This document shows, in pieces, positions 23,005-36,143 of a stretch of DNA of 64,000 nucleotides. Each line of letters begins with the position of its first letter. Position 1 is the stretch's first letter. The notes under the pieces were generated by a model. That model was not told where the DNA came from. It made no database searches and saw nothing but the letters and a program-made list of their open reading frames with translations. Source of the stretch: Lama glama (taxonomy: Eukaryota); contig CM052817.1 of NCBI GenBank assembly GCA_028534125.1, positions 99,698,001-99,762,000 on the forward strand, read 5' to 3'. The position numbers and the translations under genes are program-made.

Positions 23005-26000
23005 TTTATTTTATTGAAATATAGCTGATGTACAATATTATGTCAGTTTCAGGTGTACTACTTAATGATTTGACATTTGCCTATGTTATGAAATGATCAC
23101 CATGATGGGTCTAGGAACCATCTCTCCCCATACAAAGTTATTACAATATTATTACCTGTGTTCCTTATGCTGTATATAACATCCCTGTGGCTTATTTATT
23201 TTATAACAAAGGTTTGTACATCCTAACCCCCTTCACCTATTAAGCTGCCTCATTCCCCTCCTCTCTGGCAACCACGCTTTTGTTCTCTGTACCTGTGAGT
23301 CTATTTTCATTTTATTTTGTTTGTGGTTTATTTTGCTTTTTAGATTCCACATATGAGTGAGATCATATAGTATTTGTCTTTCTCTGTCCAACTTATCTTG
23401 TGTAGCATAATATCTTCTGCATCCATCCATATTGTCATAAATGGCAAGATTTCATTGTTTTATGACTAATATTCCATTGAGTGTATACACCACTTCTTCT
23501 TTATCCATTCATCTGTTGATGGACACTTAGGTTGTTTCCATATCTTGGTTATTATAAATGATGCTGTGATGAACATAGAGGTACAGATATCTTTTTGAAT
23601 TAGTGTTTTATAGCCTTTGGATAAACACTCAGACGTGGGATAACTGGATTATTTGGTAGGCTTATTCTTAATTTTTTAAGGAATCTCCATAATATTTTCC
23701 ATGGTGGCTGCACTAATATACATTCCCACCAACAGTGCAGGAGGGTTCTCTTTTCTCCACATCCTCACCAGCACTTGTTATTTGTTGTCTTTTTGATGAT
23801 TGCCATTCTGACAGATGTGAGGTGGTATCTCATTGTGCTTTTGATTTGCATTTCCCTGATGATTAGTGATATTAAACATCTTTTCATGTGCTGTTGGCTA
23901 TCTGTAATTTTTCTTTAGAAAAATATCTATTCAGATATTTCTTTCAGATATCTTTCAGATTTCAGATATCTTCTGACGATTTTTTAATCAGATTGGGTTT
24001 TTTTGATGTTGAGTTGCATGAGTTCTTTATATATGTTGGACATTAACCCTTCATTGCATATGTTATTTGCAAATATTTTCTCCTATTCAGTAAGCTACCT
24101 TTTTGTTTTGTTGAGAGTTTTCTTTGCTGTGCAGAAGGTTTCTAAGTCTGACGTCATCCTATATGTTTATTTGTGCTTTTGTTTCCTTTGCCTGAGGAGA
24201 CATACACAAAAAATATTGCTAAGACTGTTGTCCAAGAGTATACTGCCTATGTTTTCTTCTGGAAGTTTTATGGTTTCAGATCTTACATGTAAGTTTTTAA
24301 TCCATTCTGAATTAATTTTTGTGCAGGGTGTGAGAAAGTAATCCAGTTAGATTCTTTTGCATGTAGCTGTCCAGTTTTCTCAACACCATTTATTGAAAAG
24401 GCTATCCTTTCCCTATTGTATATTTTTGCCTCCTTTATTATAGATTAATTGCCCATATAGATGTGAGCTCATTTCTGGGCTCTCTATTCTGTTACATTGA
24501 TCTGTGTGCCTATTTTTGTGCCAGTATCATACTGTTTTGATTACTGTAGCTTTGTGGTATAATTTGAAATCAGGGAGCTAGATATCTCCAGCTTTGTTCT
24601 TTTCTCAAGATTGCTTGGGCAATTCAGGGTCATTTGCATTTCCATGACAACTTTGTAATTATTTGTTCTAGTTCTGTGAAAAATGCTTCTGGCATTTTGA
24701 TAGACATTGCACTGAATCTGTAGATTATCTTGGGAGTTATGGTCATTTTAACAGTATTAATTCTTCCAATCCATAAATATGGAATATCTTTCCATTTGTT
24801 TGTGTTGTCTTCAATTTCCTTCATCAATGTCTCATAGTTTTCAGAATACATGTCTTTTATCTCTTTGGTTAGATATATTCCTAGATATTTTATTCTTTGT
24901 TATGTACTTGCAAATGGGATTGTTTTCTCAATTTCCCTTTTATTAGTCTATAGAAATGCAAACAGGTTTCTGTTTATTAATTTTGTATCCTACAATTTTA
25001 CTGAATTCATTTATTTGAATTGTTTTTGATGGCATCTTTAGGATTTCTGTACATAGTACTATATCATCTGCAAAGAATGACAGTTTTACTTTTTTCAAAT
25101 TTGGATGCTTTTATTTCCTTTTTTTGTCTGATAACTGTGTCTAGGACTTCCAACACTATGTTGAATAAAAGTGGTGAGAGTGGGCATCCTTGTCTTGTTC
25201 CTGATCTTAGAGAAAATGCTTTCAGCTTTCCACCACTGAGTATGATGTTAGCTGTAGATTTGTCATATATGGCCTTTAATATGATGAGGTACTTTCCCTC
25301 TACCCATTTTATTGAGGATTTTTAAAATAAATGGATGTTGAATGTTGTCAAAAGCTTTTTCTGCATCTATGATCATATGATTTTTATTCCTCAATTTGTT
25401 AAAGTAGCATATCATGTTGATTGATTTGCAGATATTGAAACATCCTTGCATCCCTGGGATAAATCCCACTTGATCATGGTTTATGATCTTTTTTAATGTA
25501 TTGTTAAATTTGGTTTGTTAATATTTTGTTTAGAATTTTTGCATCTATATTAAATGATAATGGCCTGTAATGTTTTTTCTTTTTTTGTAGTGTCTTTGAC
25601 TAGTTTTCTTATCAGGGTGATGCTGGCCTTGTAGAATGAGTTCAGAAGCAATCCATCCTGTACAACTTTTTTTTGGAATAGTTTGAGAAGAATAGATGTT
25701 AAGCTGTCTTTAAATGTTTTGTAGGATTCACATGTGAAGTTCTCTGGTCCTGGACTTTTTGTTTTAGGGGAGGGTTTTTTGTTTTTATTTTTTCTTTTTC
25801 TTTTCTTTCTTTCTTTTTCTTTCTCTTTCTGTTTTTTTTTTTTATTGATTCTATTTCATTACTGATAATTGGTCTGTTTATATTTTCTATTTCTTCCTGA
25901 CTCAGTTTTGGAAGATTGTACATCTCTAGGAATTTGTCCATTTTTCTAGCTTGTCCATTTTATTGGCATACAGTTGTTTGTAGGAATCTTTTATAATCTT

Positions 26001-26155
26001 TTGTTGATTTCTAGTCTCATGGTTCTATGGTCAGAAAAAATTCTTGATATGATTTCAATCTTAAATTTACTGAGACTTATTTTGTGCCCAGCATGTGATC
26101 TATCTTGGGGATGTTCCATATGCATTTGAAAAGAATGTGTTTTCTGCTGTTTTGC
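23005..26155 (-). mobile_element. 5'-truncated L1 (~3.1 kb): ORF2 RT to 3'-UTR, disrupted
   Basis: Minus frames [31 protein letters not shown] (RT), [40 protein letters not shown]; internal deletion near 26000 joins to the EN region. Confidence 0.95.
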
Positions 26156-27289
26156 TACAAGTATTAATAACATTAAAAATAAGATCTTATCTTTGCATAG
26201 TATTCAGAGTTTACAAAGTATTGTTACACACACTAGTTCCTCTAAATAGCCTTGAACTATGTTTTCTTTGACTTATCACTGTGTGATTGAAAATTTTTTT
26301 TGTAAATTTATTAATGACTAACACAATGAACATGCTTTACCAGCTAGTAACTTCCTAATCTCAGTTTAAAGGTATGGTTTATATTGAAAATCCCTCCCCC
26401 TGTCCAACCTCTTGCAATAACAACACCTGAAAAAAATCAGTACCACAAGAACTGTGGCAAACAAGCCACTTGAACCTTAGAAGCAGTACCTTAAGACAGA
26501 ATTGTAAAATCTCAATGGGGGAAGAAATGCTAAAGACCAGCTAGTTCAAATCTTTGTCTAATCCTGTTCTACATTCAAATATCCTCCCGCTATGGAAAGG
26601 CTCTATACTTTCCTGAAAACATTTTGCATTTCCTAGATAAGCAGATTGCTCCCCAGGGCCAGAGGGCAATTTACTGCAGGAGGTAGGAAAATAAGGGTCA
26701 GCGGATAAAGAGCTGGAGGAGGAGAGGAATGGAGAGAAATGAGAACTACTTGGGAAAGAAGAGAGAATAGAGTTTATTTTTTCAAGAGGCGAGGCACTGA
26801 CCCCTCACCATGGGCCTCACACAAGTGGTGTTGTGCTAGGGAGGACAAAGCTCACCTTCATGGAGTTTACAGCCTAGTAAAGGGGGAGGAACTTTCACAT
26901 AAAGCAGTTAAACGTGGGGTGTGCCAGTGAGTCACCACTTGAACTCTAGAATTTGACTAATACAATAAAGAAAAATCTGATGACACTGGACACAGGTACT
27001 TTAAAGAGCCCAAAAAGGTCACAGACCAAGTGTGTGATTTGTCTAGAAAAGAATTGGAAATTTTGCTTATCTAAAGAAATAATTTATTAACCAATTGGAG
27101 GGGGTTGCAAATTAGCCCCCCCCAAAAGTAACTCTGAGTGGGTCTTAGACTCCTAATCCCATTTGAGGAAAGACCCAAATTCAGACTCCAGAATCTCAGT
27201 TGGGGCAAGGGTGTCACAGGGGTCTGGAAGTGCCACACCCAGGACAGCCCACCACCCTTCACTGAGAGTCCACTTTTAACAACCTTCTA

Positions 27290-27612
27290 GATGATACTCC
27301 TCTGTGAAGTTCTCCTGAACATAGTCCCCTACCTTCCAGGTAGAGTTAACCACTCCCTCCTCCATCTCCACATTTATTGTGTATGTACCTCTCTTACATC
27401 CCTACCATACTTCATGGTATCTATAATGCTCAACTTACACACCTGTCTCTCCTACCATATTGCAAGATGAGGAGCCAGTCCTGGACATTTTTGTGTCCTT
27501 GGTCCCTCTGCACAATCAACAGATGCTCAGTGAACATTTTAGTGATAAGATGAATGAGTGAGTGAATGAGTGAATAAATGTATGAATGGATATATGATTG
27601 AATAAATGAAAA
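27290..27612 (+). mobile_element. L2 3' end with a (TGAA)n-like tail
   Basis: CCTCTGTGAAGTTCTCCTGA..CAGATGCTCAGTGAACATTT..ATGAATGAGTGAGTGAATGAGTGAATAAATG. Confidence 0.7.
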
Positions 27613-28834
27613 GGTGCATGAAGAATTGATATGAGCAAAAACTTCAAGCTGACAGAGTATACCCAGGGAACAGTGGCAGGAATGACCTACAAGAGCCATA
27701 TTTAGAAAGAGTCAAAAGAAAATGGATTAACAGAGTTAGGCTAGATAATGGAGAGCCTTGAGTGCCAAGAAACATTCCTTTGTTTATTCATTCATTTGAC
27801 AAAAATTTACTGTAAATTCTTTTAGGTAATGTGAATAATATAAAGCTATAGTCTCTAGTCTAAGACAGTACATGGTCAAGGAGGAGAGGATGCCCTCACA
27901 AGAGCCACATGATAAGCAAAGGATCACCAGAGGAGAGGCACAACCAAGGAGCCCTAGGACCTCAAGGATCAGTAAGTCACTTCTGGTTGTGCTCGTAGGA
28001 AAGCATCTGAGCTGACCTCCAAGGGTAAGAGGACCAGCAGAAGGCATGGCATGATCAAGGAAGCAGAGATGGGACCTTGCAAGGCATGAAAAGGGAACTG
28101 ATAATAGTTCCCCAAGGCTGAAGCAAATCAGGAAACAGCAGAATAAGGTAGAAATTAAGATGTAAGGAGAGGTTGAGTGAGATTGTGTAGGGTATTTGTC
28201 AGGCTTAGGTGATTACCCTCTATTCCAGAGGAGTTATGGAACGTGTGGTGACTTGCTCTATGTTAGGGCAGGGCTAATTTCCATGAGCGCAGAGAACTGC
28301 CAACCTAACCCTAGATAAAAAGATGAGTAAATCTTTCTGACAAGCCTACCAAGGTGTTGAAATTTTTTCACTCTATAATTAAGCTTCAAATGCTGAGGTG
28401 GTTTCTGAGGTTTTTACATGGTAACTCATTCTCTGAGCTGCCCTTTCATTGCCCCAGATCCTATCATTATCATTGCTAGTGTCCTAGGGCAGACCTCAGC
28501 TGAGACAGATAACCACAGCCTGGGTATATGGTGGGTTATCCCCCTCCTAGTTATGATATACTTGATCATGGGGTCAGTGAAATGTTAGCAAAAGTAGCAT
28601 GGAAACTTTCAGTTTGAATTAACAGAACCTGGCACTTATTAAACCCTCAGTTACTATTAGCCATGCAGAACTATATTCTACTGTGGGAAATATATTTTCT
28701 ATAGTACTAGAACAGAATCCAAGTGTATTTTTCAGGATTCTATTGGTTGTAAGTGACAGAATGCCAAACCCAGCTTAGTCTCAGAATTAGATTTATTGGA
28801 TAGATACTGGCTGAAAGAAAAGCCAGGACCAACA

Positions 28835-31800
28835 GAGGATTCTGGGAAGATGGCAGAGTAGGGAGCACCAGGAATCAGTTTCCCCACTTAGACAATAATT
28901 GCACTGATAGAATCTGACTGCTGTAGATATTTTGGAACTCTGGGGCCTATTGAAGGCTTGCAAGTTATAGAGAAAGTTTGGATGGTAAATTGTGGTCAGT
29001 CTCAGATCTTAGCACCGTGGCAGCTACCCATCCCCCACTTCTAGTTCCGTGGTACAACTGCCTAGCTATGCATGTGTTCTTGGAGCAGTTTTCACATAGC
29101 TTCTGGAGCCAGGGTGGTCAAAAAGGACCTTGTCCTTGAAATATCAAGGATCTGTGCTTTGATTGCTAATGCTCTGTCTCATCTCAGAGGTGTAAAAAAA
29201 GTGGTGGGTGGCCATTGTTTTTTCAGCTCCCCCAGTTGTTGCAAGTCCCTCTCTAACTGAAGTGTCTTGTAGGGAGCTTAAAAAGCTAGTGCCCTTCCCC
29301 CTTCATTTTTCTCTTTTCCCCTTTTTAGGAGCAAGACATTAAATGATAGGGAATTCAAAAGCAACTGCTTATTTGAGGGAAGTTAGAGAGTCAGTGCACA
29401 TACTCATGGAAAGGTGTAGGCTCAGAAAACACCTGAGACGACCTTATGTTTACACCTCAGGCTGATCCTTGGCATGGAGATAGCCTACAACAATTTAAAA
29501 ACAAAAACAAAAACAAAACACCCAGTAAACTCTGGGGAATGAGGAGAATCTAATTTCCAGAGTTAACACATAACAAATTCAAATGTCCAATTTTCAACAA
29601 AACATCATGAGGCACACAAAGAAACAAGGAAGTAAGGCCCGTTTAAAGGAAAAATAAATTAACATAAATTGTTGCTGAAAAAGACCTGAGGAGACTTCAA
29701 AACAACTATCTTAAAGATGCTCAAAGAACTAAAGGAAGATGTGGAGAAAGTCAAGAAGTAGTTCTATGAACAGAATGGAAATTTTAAAAGAGATGCAGAA
29801 CCTAAAAAGAAACCAAAAAGAAATTTTGAAATGGAAAAATGCAGTAACTGAAATAAAAACTTCACTAGAGGGATTCAAAGGCAAAATGGACCAGCCGAAG
29901 AAAGCATCAGTGAACCTGAAGAGAGTACAAGGGAAACTATTGCATCTGAGGAACAGAAAGGAAAAAAAAAATAAAGAAAAATGAATAGAGCATGAGGGAC
30001 CTATGAGACACCGTCAAGCAGACCAACGTACACACTGAGAGAGTCTTAAAAGGTAGTTCCAGAACGGATTTCAGAAGATCGAGCTGCAGTCTGCTTTAAG
30101 CCCCAGGTGGGAGAACTGTGGCCACAGAGGCTCTGAAGAGACATCCAGCACCTTTTCTATTTAGAGGAACACGGGGCAGAGGTGGGGCGCTGAAAAGAGA
30201 GTACACTTATTTATTCACACTTGGATGGCACTTGTGACCAGAGAAAATGTCTAATGTCTGTAAACGGAAGCACAGTGAGTGCCGAGAAGATGAAGGACCA
30301 CACAGCAAACCATCATTCCGCGGGGCTTCTCCTTAAAATGAGAAGAGAGAGAAAAAGGAGCAGAGAGAATATTTGACAAAATGATGACTGAAAACTTCGC
30401 AAATTTAATGAAAGACATGAATATAGACATCCAAGAAGTTCAATGAACTTCAGGGTGAACTCAGAGTGACTCACACGTAGACATACCAATGATCAAACTT
30501 TTCAAAGACAAAGAATCTTGAAAGTAGCAAGAGAGAAGCAACTAATTACTTATAGGGAATCTTCAACAAGACCATTTCTCATCAGAAACTTTGATGACCA
30601 GAAGATAATAAGCTGATATATTCAGAGCACCAAAAGTAAAAAAAAACAAAAAACAAAAAAACCCTGTCAACCGCGAGTCCTACATCTGGCAAAACTGTCC
30701 TTCAAAAGTTGGGGAGAAATTAAGACATTCCCTGATAAACAAAAGCCCAGGGAGTTAATTACCGTTAGATTTTCCTAGAAAGAAATGCTAAAGGGAGTCT
30801 TGGGGGTTGATATGAAAGGACACTAGACAACAACTTGCAGCTGTATGAAACTATATAGCTGTCAGTCAAGGTAAACTCAGGGGCAATTATAAAAGCTAGT
30901 ATTATTGTAACAACTGTCTGTCACTCCACTTTTTGTTTTCTACATGATGTAAGAGACTAACACATTAACAAAAATAATTATTAGTCTAAAAGCCAATATT
31001 ATTTTGATTTTGGCTTGTAACTCCACCTTTTGTTTTCTACATAATTTAGAATACTAATACATGTAAAAGGATTATTAATTCATGTTTTATGTATACAATA
31101 TATAAAGAGGCACTTTTATGATATCAACAATTGAAAGGGGTCAGGATGAAGCTGTAAAAGGGCATAGTTTTGTTTATTGCTGAAGTTAAGCCAGTATAAA
31201 TTCAGTTTAGATTGTTGTAAGTTTGACATGTTTAATATAATCTCCATGATAACCACAAAGAAATAGCGATAGAATGTACAGAAAAGGAAATGAGAACCAA
31301 TTAAAAGGTTTAATGACAAAAAAATGTAGGAAATGAGGGCAAAAGAGAAATAACATGTGGAAAATAACAGCAAGATGACATAAGTAATTCTCTCCTTGTC
31401 AATAATTACTTTGATAGCTTAAATTTTCCAGTTAAAAGACAGAAACTGGCAGAACGATCCAATTCTATGCTGTCTACAGGAGATTCACTTTATGAGAAAA
31501 TGTCTACAAATCATATCACTGATAAGGGATTAAAATCCAGACTATATAGAGAATACCTACAACTTAACAACAAGAAAAGTAATCAATCTGATTAAAAAAT
31601 AGGCAAAGGACTTGAACAGATATTTCTCCAAAGAAAATATTCAAATGGCCAATAAGCACATGGAAAAACGCTCAATATTATTAGCCATTAGGAAAATGCA
31701 AATCGAACTACAGTGGGATCCACTTCACGCCTATTAGGTGGCTATTATCAAACAAACAGAAAGCAAGTGCTTGTGGGGATGTGGAGAAATTGGAACCCTT

Positions 31801-32480
31801 GTGCGTGGGAATGTAGGAATGAAAAATGGTGCAGTCACTATCGAAAGCAATATGATGGTTCCTTACAAATAAAGAATTGAATTACCATATGATCCAGCGA
31901 TTCCACTTCTTGGTATATATCTATACCTTGAAGGCAGGGTCTCAAAGAGAGATTTGTATCCCCATAGTCATAGCAGCATTATTCATAATAGCCCAAAGGT
32001 GGAAGCAACCTAACTGTTCATCGATGGATGAATGAACAGGCAAAAATTTGGTATACACACATAATGGAATATTATTCAGCCTTAAAAAGGAAGGAGATTC
32101 TGACATTTGCTGCAACATGGATGAACCCTGAGGACATTTTATATTAAATAAAATAAACCAGTCACAAAAGATAAATACTGTGCATTTCCACTTATAGAGA
32201 ATATTTGGTCATCATATAGTCTATGGAGAGTATACAGATTAGTCCAAGTCATAGACACAGAAGGCAGAATGTTGGTTGCCCAAGTCTGGGAGGAAGGAAG
32301 GAATGTGGAGTTATTGTTTAGTGGGTGTTCAATTTCAGTTTTACAAGATGAAAAGAGTTCTGGAAATGAGTGGTGGCAATGGTGGCACAACATTATGAAT
32401 GTATTTAATACTAGTGAGCTGTACACTTAAAAATAGTTAAGATGGTAAATTTTATGTTACATATATTTTGCCATAATAGA
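28835..32480 (+). mobile_element. L1 (L1M3/M4-type 5' end, L1MB-like 3' end): 5'-UTR, ORF1, inter-ORF, ORF2 with a large internal deletion, 3'-UTR
   Basis: 5' GAGGATTCTGGGAAGATGGCAGAGTAGG; ORF1 remnants 29600-30810; ORF2 EN start (TGCTGTCTACAGGAGATTCACTT) fused at ~31491 to the C-terminal region (GAGAAAATGTCTACAAATCATATCACTGATAAGGG). Confidence 0.9.
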
Positions 32481-32499
32481 AACAGTTTGGGGAGGAAAC

Positions 32500-33541
32500 A
32501 TGAATGAAGTACGGACAATGCCACAATATTGGTGAACCTTTAAAACGTTCTGCTAAGTGAAATAAATCAGTCACAAAAGGACAAGTATTGTATGACTCCA
32601 CTTTTATAAAGTATCTAGAAGAGACGGAAAGTAGGGGAGAGGCTACCAGGGGTAGGGGAATGGGGGAGGTTGGGAGTGGAGAGTTATTGCTCAATGTGTG
32701 CAGAGTTTCAACTGGGGAAGATGAAAATGTTCTGGAGATGGATGGTAGTAAGGATTGCACAAAAATGTGATTGCATTTAATACCACTCAACTGTATTCAT
32801 AAAAATGTCTAAAATTATAACTTTTATGTTATATATATTTTACCACACACACCAAAAAAGTTCACTACCTTCTAGGCATGAATCCACTAGGAGTTCCAAG
32901 CTAAGAAATTTGCTTAGATCATCTACTCCCAAATTATGGGAGAGAGGCGAGGGCCCCCTGCTAGGGAATTTTATTCCCTAGTGCCTGGCTGGTACCCTTA
33001 GTACCCTCCTGGGACAGCTCCTGCCTTGGTTGGGGAGACAGACCCCAAAACAATTTAAAACAGTGTGAGAGTAGAGTGAGACTGTCTAGAAAAGGCAAAA
33101 TTCACAGAGCCAGTAAGCAGACTGGTGACTGCCTGGGACTGGGGGAGGGGTCATGGGAAGTGCATGCTAGCGGGTACGGGGTCTCTTTTGGGGGTGATGA
33201 AAATGTTCCAAAGTTAGATAGTGGTAAAGTTTGCACAACCTTCAGAATATACTAAAAACCATTGAACTGTACATTCTAAGTGAGTGAATTTTATGGTATG
33301 TGAATTATATCTCAGTAAAGCTAGTATTATTATTATTATTTTTTAATTGAAATGTAGTTGATTGACAATGTTAGTTTCAGGTGTACAGCAAAGTGATTCA
33401 GTTACACATATACATATATATATTTTTTTCAGATTCTTTCCCACTATATATTATTACAAGAAATTGAATATAATTCCCTGTGCTATACAGTAGGTGCTTT
33501 AATAAAGATATTATTAAAAGTTTGTTTTTAATTAAAAAAAA
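32500..33541 (+). mobile_element. Two further L1MB-like 3'-UTR segments (~32500-32860, ~33075-33325), a spacer, and a younger antisense L1 3' end (33340-33497)
   Basis: Repeated GATGAAAATGTTCT/CCA..GATGGTAGT motif; antisense piece GTTTCAGGTGTACAGCAAAGTGATTCAGTTA..CCCTGTGCTATACAGTAGGT. Confidence 0.75.
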
Positions 33542-34420
33542 GGAAAGTCAGAACCAAGCAACTCTGGATTCTTGGAGATTATAACTGGGCTCAAGGCCAC
33601 CAGGACGCCTGTTTATCCTTCATGTCATTCCCCCTCCTGGTGGGGAGCGTGGCTTCTGACAGCCCTGGATTCACCCAACAGACAAGAGTGAGATTCTTCC
33701 CCACAGCTCCAGTAGAAAATTCTAGGTTAGGGCTGGAAATGACTTGGCTGGATTCCTGTGTGCATCTGGGGCTAATCCTGAAATGGGGTGGGTGGTGGGA
33801 ATGGGGATAGGGCACCATGATCAACTCAACATGGGGCTGAAGAGTGTCCAGAAGGATTGGAGACGAGCATAAGACAAAGACGACAGTTGCTTTGCAAAAG
33901 CCAAATGTCTCTTCTAGATGCTCAGTTGATTCTGGCTGGAACTCTGAGAATTTCCTGATTCAAGCTCCAAGGGCTGAAATTTATGATTGGGTTCTGCTCT
34001 ACTGAGTATGAATTAACTCTGTCCCTACACTTCAGAGTACCTTAATGATGTCTTAATTACTTCTGGGTCACTGACACATGGTCCTTCAAATTGTTTAATT
34101 TAAAAGGTGGTCCTTTTTTACCTCTAATATCTGTTTTATCTTGAAAGACTTTTTTTTTTTAACTTCCTTAGTTCAGAATAGAAAATTTCAATATCTAAGA
34201 GCTAAGCAGACACTTTAAAGACACCCACAGTTGCATTTGTGAGGTCTTCCCTGGAGATGAGGCAGTAGCTTGATCGTGACTCACTAGCTGCTGCCATGTG
34301 GTAGCTCCTCCAGCCTCTGAACCTGGAGCTGGTGTCCCTTTTGCTGGGTCAGAGATGAAGAGGGAAGAGTGGGGGAGAGTTGCATTGCTCATTCTTAAGC
34401 ATCCAATGTTACTTGGCTCC

Positions 34421-34868
34421 TGTTATGGACTGAGTTGCACCTCTGCAAAATTCGTATGTTGTGCTAAGACCCAATATCTCAGAACATGACCTTATTTGGA
34501 GAGACGGTTTTTACTGAGGTAATCAAGTTAAGATGAGTTCTTTAGGGTGAACTCTCATCCAATATGACCAGTGTCCTTGTAAGAAGAGGAAATCTGGAGG
34601 CAGACCTATGCATAGGGGTAACATCATGTGAAGATGAAGGCAGAGATGGGGTGATGGTTCTACATGCCAAGGAGCACCAAAGGCTGGCCACAAACCACCG
34701 GCAGCTGGGGGACAGCATGGAACAGATTCTTCCTCGTGGTCCATAGAAGGAACCAACTCTGCCGACATCTTGAACTCGGGCTTCTAGTCTTCAAAATAGT
34801 CAGGAAATAAATTTCTGTCATTAAAGCCTCCCAGTCTGTGGTACTTTGGCAGCCCTAGCAAACAGATT
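34421..34868 (+). mobile_element. MaLR solo LTR (MLT1C-like)
   Basis: TGTTATGGACTGA..GACCTTATTTGGA..GCCAAGGAGCACCAAAG..AGAAGGAACCAACTCTGCCGACA..AATAAATTTCTG..GCAGCCCTAGCAAAC. Confidence 0.9.
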
Positions 34869-35394
34869 CTTTGAAACAATAGTGTAAACTTAACACTATT
34901 AGAGACATGCCTTTTCCCTTGCCTCTTTACCCTGTGAGCATGCCCCTCTCTGCCTAGTTTGGGCCACACACTTTTACCTCCCCCCCCCCCAGCCTTATTC
35001 TCCTCGCACCTTGCCTTCTGATCCTTATCTCCCTTTGCCTACCCTGTGACCCCACTGTTCCCAGCCTCTCTGACATCTGTCCTGGGTCCTCCTCTATTAC
35101 CCTCATGGGTCAAAATCTGACTTGGAAGTGATTGGGCTGCACTTAGGTGTCTTAATGGACTTTCAGTCGGCATACAGAGGAGGAGCTCTTCAAAGGAGCA
35201 GAGATGGGATGACATCCCCACAACTGTGAGTGAGAAGGGACCTCATGTCACAGCCATCATCATTCCTTCACAGCAACCCCAGTGGGGTAACCAAAGCCAT
35301 CTTTCTGGGACTTTTTCCCCCTCTGGGATTATGGATAACTTATTTCTTCTCCTGGCTTTGGGTCCCTTAATATGGGAGTTAAAAAAAAAAGGTT

Positions 35395-35560
35395 AAAACA
35401 TAGTTGAGGCCAGAAAGATCTGAGTTCTAGAGGTAGTTCTGACATGTTCTGATTGTGTGACCTTGTGGAAGTTCCTCTGTTCTCTGAGCCTTGTCTGTAA
35501 AACAGGAATAATAATTTATACCTCGAAGGTATGTTATGAGGATTAAATAAGATAATAATA
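35395..35560 (+). mobile_element. MIR SINE
   Basis: TGTGTGACCTTGTGGAAGT..CTCTGAGCCT..TCTGTAAAACAGGAATAATAA..GTTATGAGGATTAAATAAGATAAT. Confidence 0.8.
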
Positions 35561-35998
35561 ATCATTCAGAGTTACTGAAAACTAACATTTATGGACCAGA
35601 TACTATGCTGCATGAACCCCTTCATTAGAAAATGTGTCTAAGTCCTTAGGACAGGATCTGGGTCTACAGTGCAAACTCCTAGTAGGGCCCAGTAGGAGAG
35701 ACAGGCAGCGTAAGAAACATTTTTCTTCCTTATTCAGATGTTTTGAATAAAAGCTGAGTATATCAAATAGGCTTGATTAAAAATGACAAATTGCAACAAA
35801 ATTTAAGGGTCCATTCGATTTTTTTAATACTCTCATTATGCTGTATTTTACATTTCTTGAAATAAAAATGACTCTCAGTTGGAAATATTTCAGTTCTAAT
35901 GAATTTTTATGTGGTTGTACATTGCCTTGGATTGTGCGTCTGCACGTGTATTCCATTAAGACCTTAATTCAAATAATTCGCTCAGCATTACTCTATAT

Positions 35999-36143
35999 CA
36001 GTGCTTCTCAACCAGGGACAGTTCTCCTGCCAGGGAACATTTGGCGATGTCTGGAGACATTTTGGTTGTCGTGACAGGACAGTCCCCAAAACAAAGAATT
36101 ATTTAGCCCCAAACATTAATAGCATTGAGGCTGAGAGACGCTG
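35999..36143. mobile_element. MER20 hAT MITE (internally deleted)
   Basis: CAGTGCTTCTCAACC..ACATTTGGCGATGTCTGGAGACATTTTGGTTGTC..AACAAAGAATTAT..GAGGCTGAGAGACGCTG. Confidence 0.85.
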
